Shown here one piece after another: positions 7,782 through 12,448 of a stretch of 13,383 bases of DNA (positions are counted from its first letter, which is position 1; the number at the start of each line of letters is the position of its first letter). The translations under genes and the position numbers were made by a program. The notes under the pieces are model-generated. The model searched no databases. It was given only the letters and a program-made list of their open reading frames with translations, and was not told where the DNA came from. The DNA is from Verrucomicrobiota bacterium (lineage in GTDB: Bacteria > Verrucomicrobiota > Verrucomicrobiia > Opitutales > Opitutaceae), in NCBI GenBank assembly GCA_023433275.1, contig JAEZDN010000105.1, positions 1 through 13,383 on the forward strand, given 5' to 3'.

Positions 7782-8333
7782 TTATTCGACGAAGATCTTG
7801 CCGGTCATGGCGTGGTGCCCGATGCCGCAGAATTCATTGCAGACGATGGTGAACTCGCCCTTCGAGGTGGGCGTGAGCGTGAGCACGTGGTCGTACCCGG
7901 GTACGGCCTGGAAGTTCATGTTGAGGGGCTGCAGGGAAAAACCGTGCTGCAGGTCGAGGGCGGAGAGATGGATGCGGTAGGTCTCGCCCAAGCGCAGACG
8001 CAGGGCCGGATACCACTGCCACATCCGTCCGATCAGGTAGGCGTCGCCGCCGGGGGGTGGCTCCACGATCGGCAGCTCCGCGGCGAAGGCGTTTCCCGTG
8101 GGATTGACGAACGTGCCGACGCGGTTGGACTCGACGAACTTCTCGGTGCGCGCGAGGAAGTCCGCGGGTGTGACCGCGTAGGCCTCGCCGGAGCTGTTCT
8201 GTTTACCGCGAAAATGCCAGTACGGCATCATCAGCGACATCACGAAGCACCAGAGGATGGCGACGCCGAGCCAGAGCTTTTCATGGCCGGCCGGCGCGTG
8301 GAACCAGGGAGAGGTGAGAGGGCGAAGGCTCAT
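7782..8333 (-). CDS. HCO subunit II with an intact CuA centre (single-TM, ba3-like)
   Basis: 183 aa, one N-terminal TM helix, cupredoxin domain. Complete CuA ligand set: H130 (DLQHGF) and C165-N-E-F-C169-G-I-G-H173-H-A-M176 (CxExCGxxHxxM). Ends 23 nt upstream of subunit I. Confidence 0.88.
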   Translation of the reverse strand: MSLRPLTSPWFHAPAGHEKLWLGVAILWCFVMSLMMPYWHFRGKQNSSGEAYAVTPADFLARTEKFVESNRVGTFVNPTGNAFAAELPIVEPPPGGDAYLIGRMWQWYPALRLRLGETYRIHLSALDLQHGFSLQPLNMNFQAVPGYDHVLTLTPTSKGEFTIVCNEFCGIGHHAMTGKIFVE

Positions 8334-8342
8334 GGCGGCGGT

Positions 8343-8492
8343 TCAGGGCAGTTGCGCCGGCTTGATGAACAGGAGTTCGATCCAGCCCCACGCGGTGTAG
8401 GACAGGAACGGAATGACGACGCCGAGGGCGAGGAGCAGCCAGGGGTTGTCCAGGAGCTTCTGCCAGGGGTGGATCTTGGGTTCGTTTTTCAT
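8343..8492 (-). CDS. 49-aa single-TM protein, positional analogue of ba3 oxidase subunit IIa (not in the supplied ORF track)
   Basis: My translation: MKNEPKIHPWQKLLDNPWLLLALGVVIPFLSYTAWGWIELLFIKPAQLP. Its ATG overlaps the TGA of the upstream gene (ATGA, 8489-8492). Its stop lies 9 nt before the subunit II ATG. One clear hydrophobic helix. The order small-II-I mirrors cbaD-cbaB-cbaA. Confidence 0.6.
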   Translation of the reverse strand: MKNEPKIHPWQKLLDNPWLLLALGVVIPFLSYTAWGWIELLFIKPAQLP

Positions 8493-9904
8493 GGTGCAGG
8501 GTAAGAGGAAGGAGCGCGCCACGTCGCGAGGCCGCGGAGCATGATCGCGAGGAAGAGCAGGCCGCCGATCACGGCCACGAGCCCCCCGAGGCCCATCACG
8601 CCGAGGCCCACGTATTCGCCGAGCGAGCGGACGTGCTGTTCGGCGCCGTATTGCTTGCGGGCCAGGCCGAACGCGCCGGCCAGCGCAAAGCCCAGTCCGA
8701 ACACCGCCTGCCCGCCGCCGAAGAGCGCGAGTTGCCAGCGGATGAGGCGATCGGACGCACCGGCGGCGCGGGGCGAGGCTTCCCGGCTGAAATCATAGGC
8801 CGCCGCCATGAGCGCGAGCGTCACCGCGCCGATCGCACAGTGGTAGTGGCCGGGGACCAGCGTGCTCGATCCGCGGATAAACGCGCCGAGCACGAACCCG
8901 AGCACCGTCAGGAGGGCACTCCCGGCGAAACCGACGAGACGCCAGCGCCCCTCCGCCGCGCGCTCCGCCCAGTGCAGCGCCACGTGCCTGATCCCGAGGC
9001 CGAGCACAATCAGCACCACGGGAAAGATCGTCCAACGCATGAGTTGGGTCGCGATCTCGGAATACGCCGGGCGTGATGTCCCGCCCCACGCCACGACGGG
9101 CATGATCAACTGCGGCAGCACCAGCGCGCAAAGGAGCCAGCGGATCGCGGCCGGCGAGACCACATTGCGACCTGACCAGCGTCGCAACAGCCAGAGCCAG
9201 AGCCCCAGCATGAGCGCGACGTTGCCGACCTGCATGACGTGTCCCCCGCCCCACGCCACCAGCTCGTAATAGCCGATGGCCGGCAGTCCGGGCAGCGTCG
9301 AGCGCCAGGCTGCGGTGAAGGTCGCCAACGCGATCAGGTGCGCCGCCGCCGAGGCGCGCAGGGCGACAAGTGAGTCATCGGACAACCGGGTCGAGGGGAG
9401 CGACGGCACCGCCAGCGCCCCCGCGAGATAAAGCCCGCTGCCGGCGAACCAGGCGACGAGGCCGGCGAGGAACACGGGGTGATCCACCACCGGCACATAG
9501 TTCGCGAGAATCGGCTGCGCGCCCGGCATCACCGCTCCCGCCAGCAGGCCGAGGATGCCAAATCCCGCCAGCGCGATCGAAGCGACGGTGAGGCCGCGCG
9601 GGACCCGCGAGCCCACGGCCCACGCGAGATAAGCCAGCGTGCCCGCCTGGAACCACACGACAATGGCCAGATCCACGTGCACGACGAGCGCGCGCTTGAA
9701 GAACAACGGGTCGGTGAACAACCAGCCCAGGAACGGCAGCCGCCCGACCACGAGCATCAGGGACAACAATCCCGCGAGCACGAGGCTGCCGATGCCGAAG
9801 GCAAACCAGCCTCGCGCCGCGCCGGGAAAATGACTGGAGGCCATCGCCGTCGTCGTCGGGACGAAACGCGGGCGAAGCGCGGGAGCGGCGGCCGGGGTGG
9901 GCAT
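8489..9904 (-). CDS. Divergent HCO subunit I paralogue retaining the haem ligands but lacking the helix-VII His-His CuB ligands
   Basis: 471 aa, about 12 TM helices. Block-wise similarity to the 574-aa subunit I: KRALVVHVDLAIVVW / YRVLTFHGINMLIFW; YVPVVDHPVFLAG / YLPLLAHPAFYLG; WGGGHVMQVGNV / WGLGHQSQQVNV; PGHYH..G.VTLALMAAAY / PGHFH..GGTTLAFMALAYY; FGGG...FAG.FGLARK / FGGG...FAGSMGVSRR. There is no HH dipeptide anywhere in the protein; the aligned position reads V271-A272. Confidence 0.75.
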   Translation of the reverse strand: MPTPAAAPALRPRFVPTTTAMASSHFPGAARGWFAFGIGSLVLAGLLSLMLVVGRLPFLGWLFTDPLFFKRALVVHVDLAIVVWFQAGTLAYLAWAVGSRVPRGLTVASIALAGFGILGLLAGAVMPGAQPILANYVPVVDHPVFLAGLVAWFAGSGLYLAGALAVPSLPSTRLSDDSLVALRASAAAHLIALATFTAAWRSTLPGLPAIGYYELVAWGGGHVMQVGNVALMLGLWLWLLRRWSGRNVVSPAAIRWLLCALVLPQLIMPVVAWGGTSRPAYSEIATQLMRWTIFPVVLIVLGLGIRHVALHWAERAAEGRWRLVGFAGSALLTVLGFVLGAFIRGSSTLVPGHYHCAIGAVTLALMAAAYDFSREASPRAAGASDRLIRWQLALFGGGQAVFGLGFALAGAFGLARKQYGAEQHVRSLGEYVGLGVMGLGGLVAVIGGLLFLAIMLRGLATWRAPSSYPAP

Positions 9905-9939
9905 GGCTCAGTTTTTAGCAGAACACGCAGCGCGCGGCC

Positions 9940-9953
9940 TTGACGCGCATCAA
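9940..9953 (-). promoter_or_regulatory. FNR/CRP-family (Dnr/NnrR-type) box, perfect TTGATgcgcGTCAA when read on the minus strand
   Basis: Plus strand reads TTGACgcgcATCAA, with the gcc flank conserved on the minus strand. It overlaps the azurin stop codon. The centre at 9946.5 is 29.5 nt from a TAAAAA hexamer (9917-9912, minus strand). Predicted TSS is about 9905, adjacent to the ATG at 9904. Confidence 0.65.
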
Positions 9954-10468
9954 GGCTTCGGCGCGACGATCAGTTTGCCCTTCATCAACGCGGCATGGCC
10001 GGGAAATGTGCAGATGAACGGATACTCGCCGGGGGCATCCGGCGCGCTGAACTCGACGGTGTCGCTCTCATTGGGTCCGAGCAGCTTCGTGTGCGCGATG
10101 ATCCTGCCCGCGTCCGCGGGCACGTACTCCGGCGCGCGCGCCGCGGCGGCCTGCGCGAGCGCCAGCACCCCTCCATCGGGCATCGGCACCAGGAGCACCC
10201 AATTGTGTCCCATCGCCTGCTTGGGCATGCGACCAATGTTCTTCAGGGTGACTCGGATCTTCTCGCCGACGTGGGCGCGAATCTCGGTCACATTGAACTT
10301 CATGGTGTCGTCCGCCGTGATCACGACGGCCTTGACGCCGTCGACCGGGGCCGCGGCCGGGGTTGCAGCGACCGGAGCGGTGGCGGGAGCTTCGGATTTT
10401 CCGCAACCGGCGAGCAACAAGGCGGTGCCGGCCACGAGCGGAAGGATGAGGGTGGGCATGGATTTCAT
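9950..10468 (-). CDS. azu: Azurin-type blue copper protein, lipoprotein-anchored
   Basis: Near-collinear with P. aeruginosa azurin as I recall it: MKFN, MGHNWVL, RIIAHTKLLGP..S.TVEF, FICTFPGHAALMKGKL. Type-1 Cu ligands His/Cys/His/Met are all present. Lipobox LLAGC after a signal peptide, followed by an Ala/Pro-rich linker. I prefer the ATG at 10468 (MKSMPTL) over the GTG at 10477. Confidence 0.9.
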   Translation of the reverse strand: MKSMPTLILPLVAGTALLLAGCGKSEAPATAPVAATPAAAPVDGVKAVVITADDTMKFNVTEIRAHVGEKIRVTLKNIGRMPKQAMGHNWVLLVPMPDGGVLALAQAAAARAPEYVPADAGRIIAHTKLLGPNESDTVEFSAPDAPGEYPFICTFPGHAALMKGKLIVAPKP

Positions 10469-10503
10469 CCTCCCCACCCTAGCGAAAGGAACCCTTCGAC
10501 GCC

Positions 10504-10517
10504 TTGATGCGGGTCAA
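10504..10517 (-). promoter_or_regulatory. FNR/CRP-family (Dnr/NnrR-type) box TTGATgcggGTCAA with a -10-like TAGGGT
   Basis: Perfect 10/10 match, with flanks gcc...gc shared with the box at 11601. It overlaps the stop codon of the upstream gene. The centre at 10510.5 is 29.5 nt from TAGGGT (10481-10476, minus strand). Predicted TSS is about 10469, adjacent to the azurin ATG at 10468. Confidence 0.65.
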
Positions 10518-10945
10518 GCTGCCGGCGTTTCCTTGCAGCAGGCCGACTGGCAGACTCCGTCGAGCAGCCGGATCTCGCGGTGGGCGACGCCGCGCATCCG
10601 CTCGCACAATTCCCCGACCTGCGCGACGCGATCCGCCGCGCTCAGCGCGGGATCGGCGACCTGGGCCCAGATGAGCGCCTCGAGCAGCGCTTGCTCCAGC
10701 GTGGCAAAGTACGGGCGCAGCGGGTTGCAATGACACCGCTTCGGCAACGAATCGGGGTTCGCGGCAACCGTCCCATCCGGGGGTTGCGCTGCCAGCACGT
10801 CGTCGAGCGTGTGATCGAACAGGTGGACCAGGATGTCGGGACTCGCCAGCGGCGTGGCCGGTTTCTCCAGGCGTAGCAGGGCCTCCCACCGCGCGCGGAT
10901 CTCTGGCCGCCGCGGTTCGAGGAGTGGGCGCAGGGAACTGCTCAT
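10514..10945 (-). CDS. Hypothetical cytoplasmic protein with CHC and CxxxCC motifs
   Basis: 143 aa, no signal peptide or TM helix. Cysteines sit in KRCHCNP and GVCQSACC. Helical, Arg/Leu-rich N-terminus (RPEIRARWEALLRLE). 27 nt downstream of the preceding gene. I do not confidently recognise a family. Confidence 0.5.
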   Translation of the reverse strand: MSSSLRPLLEPRRPEIRARWEALLRLEKPATPLASPDILVHLFDHTLDDVLAAQPPDGTVAANPDSLPKRCHCNPLRPYFATLEQALLEALIWAQVADPALSAADRVAQVGELCERMRGVAHREIRLLDGVCQSACCKETPAA

Positions 10946-10972
10946 GGCATGAGGGAAGCGCGGGTGCGGCGC

Positions 10973-11566
10973 TCAGTGTTGGTGGCCGAATTCATGGGTG
11001 GCAGGACGAAGCGCCGACGCATGCAGGGCTTCGTAATAGTGGATGTATTCGACGTAGGCGGCGACATAGCCCCGCCCGGCCTCGACGTTGTGGTCAGCGT
11101 GGGCCCGGGCCTCGCGCGCCCGGTCAAACCGCTGGGTCAAACCGGCGGCGATGCGTTGCTGCAGCTCCCGCACCAGTTCGTCCGCGCGACCGGTTTCCAG
11201 GGATTGGTCGGCCGCAGCGATGGCCGGATCGATCGCGCCGGCCGGCTTGAGTCCGGTGAAGGCCACCCCCTCGCCAGCGCGGTGGATGCGCACGAGCGTC
11301 TCGAAGAAGTAACGCTCGGCCAGTTCGGCCGCGGTCGGCGACAGACCTCGCACCTCGAGGGTCTGCGCGAAAGCGGTGCGGATCGCGGTCTCGTCCTCCG
11401 CACGCACCCACCTGAGCACGCGCGCGACGTCACCCTCCGCGATCGCCTGCCGGGCGGCTTCTATGACCGGGCCGTCGAGGCTGTCGCAGTGGGCACGCGC
11501 AAGGGGAACGAGGGCCAGCGTCGCCAGAAAGAGGCCAGCCAGCAGGGATCGGGTCGTCTGGTTCAT
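10973..11566 (-). CDS. Secreted protein with mature N-terminus HCDSLDGPV and a His-rich C-terminus (DUF6448-like, recalled from memory)
   Basis: Start called at ATG 11566 (MNQTTRSLLAGLFLATLALVPLARA|HCDSLDGPVI), giving 197 aa. Conserved-looking core YFFETLVRIHRAGEGV.FTGLKP. C-terminus HASALRPATHEFGHQH. The track start at 11614 is a TTG lying inside the regulatory box. Confidence 0.6.
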   Translation of the reverse strand: MNQTTRSLLAGLFLATLALVPLARAHCDSLDGPVIEAARQAIAEGDVARVLRWVRAEDETAIRTAFAQTLEVRGLSPTAAELAERYFFETLVRIHRAGEGVAFTGLKPAGAIDPAIAAADQSLETGRADELVRELQQRIAAGLTQRFDRAREARAHADHNVEAGRGYVAAYVEYIHYYEALHASALRPATHEFGHQH

Positions 11567-11600
11567 GGCGCCACGATGACACGTCGGGGCGCATTCCGCC

Positions 11601-11614
11601 TTGATGCAGGTCAA
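11601..11614 (-). promoter_or_regulatory. FNR/CRP-family (Dnr/NnrR-type) box TTGATgcagGTCAA
   Basis: Perfect 10/10 match. The 19-mer gccTTGATgcaGGTCAAgc differs at a single position from the one at 10501-10519. The centre at 11607.5 is 29.5 nt from a weak hexamer CATCGT (11578-11573, minus strand) and exactly 41.5 nt from the A of ATG 11566. Confidence 0.65.
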
Positions 11615-11662
11615 GCGTTGGCCGCGCGGGTGGCGCGCGCCGGCGGGCGGAGTGGCGGCGGA

Positions 11663-12448
11663 TTACCGCCCGCTGGTCACGACGGCTTGCGCCGCCTCGT
11701 CGAGGCCGCCGCGCAGGCCGTTGCGCTGGTGGACGATCTCGCCCTCGGGGTTGAGAATGGTGATGAGGTTGGAGTGCGCGAACATGCCGTCGGCCTCCTG
11801 CTTGAACTTCACGCCCAGGAGCGCGGCGAGTTCGCGCACGGCATCGTCATCACCGTGCAACAGGGTCCATTGGTCATCGAGCTGGCGTTCCGCCCGGAAT
11901 TTCGCGAGCGCGGCCGGCGTGTCGCGCGCGACGTCGAACGTCACCAGCACGAGCGCGGCGCGCGTGCGGATCTCCGCGGGCAGTTTCGCCTGGATGGCAT
12001 GCATGTCGGTCAGCAACAGCGGGCACGCGTAGCCGCAGGAGGCGAAGAACATCGTCAGCACCACCGGCCGGCCGCGCAGGGAGCTGAGAGCGAAGGGCCG
12101 GCCGCGGTCATCGGTGAAACCGACGTCGAGTTGATAGAGCGATTCGGCGCTGAAATCCCCGCTCTTCAATGCGGGATTCTCGAGCTCGGCGCAGCAGGCG
12201 TCCGGCTTTTTGTCGGCGGTTTCCTCGACCGCGCAGCAGGCGGCGGGCTTGGGCGCGTCCCCCTGGGCGCAGCAAGCGGCCGTCCCGGACTTGTCCGCGC
12301 AGCACGCTGCCTGGTCCGTTTTACCGTCGGAGCAGCCGCAGGCCGACTGCGGCTTGGCGTCCGGCGTCGCGCAGCAGGCGGCTGGCTTTTCATGCGCCAT
12401 CAGGCCGGCGGACAGGAGGAGGGAAAGCAGGGCGAGACTCGTTTTCAT
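11663..12448 (-). CDS. SCO1/SenC-family copper chaperone with a secreted N-terminal (A)CCA-repeat cysteine-rich tail
   Basis: 261 aa with a signal peptide (MKTSLALLSLLLSAGLMA|HEK). 12 Cys in about 65 residues: five ACCA units plus one CGC. SCO core carries FFASCGYACP (CxxxC) and the conserved His (MFAHSNLITILNPEGEI). Its ATG overlaps the stop of the upstream FGE-like gene (ATGA). Confidence 0.85.
   Translation of the reverse strand: MKTSLALLSLLLSAGLMAHEKPAACCATPDAKPQSACGCSDGKTDQAACCADKSGTAACCAQGDAPKPAACCAVEETADKKPDACCAELENPALKSGDFSAESLYQLDVGFTDDRGRPFALSSLRGRPVVLTMFFASCGYACPLLLTDMHAIQAKLPAEIRTRAALVLVTFDVARDTPAALAKFRAERQLDDQWTLLHGDDDAVRELAALLGVKFKQEADGMFAHSNLITILNPEGEIVHQRNGLRGGLDEAAQAVVTSGR
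12185..12391 (-). repeat. Degenerate in-frame tandem repeat encoding the (A)CCA cysteine pairs
   Basis: The plus strand shows gcgcagca(g/a/c)g... recurring at about 12188, 12231, 12266, 12298 and 12369, with a related gagcagccgcagg at about 12330. Spacing is roughly 33-43 nt. Confidence 0.7.

Noticed and set aside
10468-10477. GTG start at 10477 (MGRMKS...) for azurin, and GGGGAGG as its Shine-Dalgarno
   Set aside because: The GGAGG abuts the ATG with zero spacing, and the predicted class II promoter places the TSS at about 10469. ATG 10468 gives a normal lipoprotein signal peptide (MKS...LLAGC). ATG 10459 remains a possible alternative.
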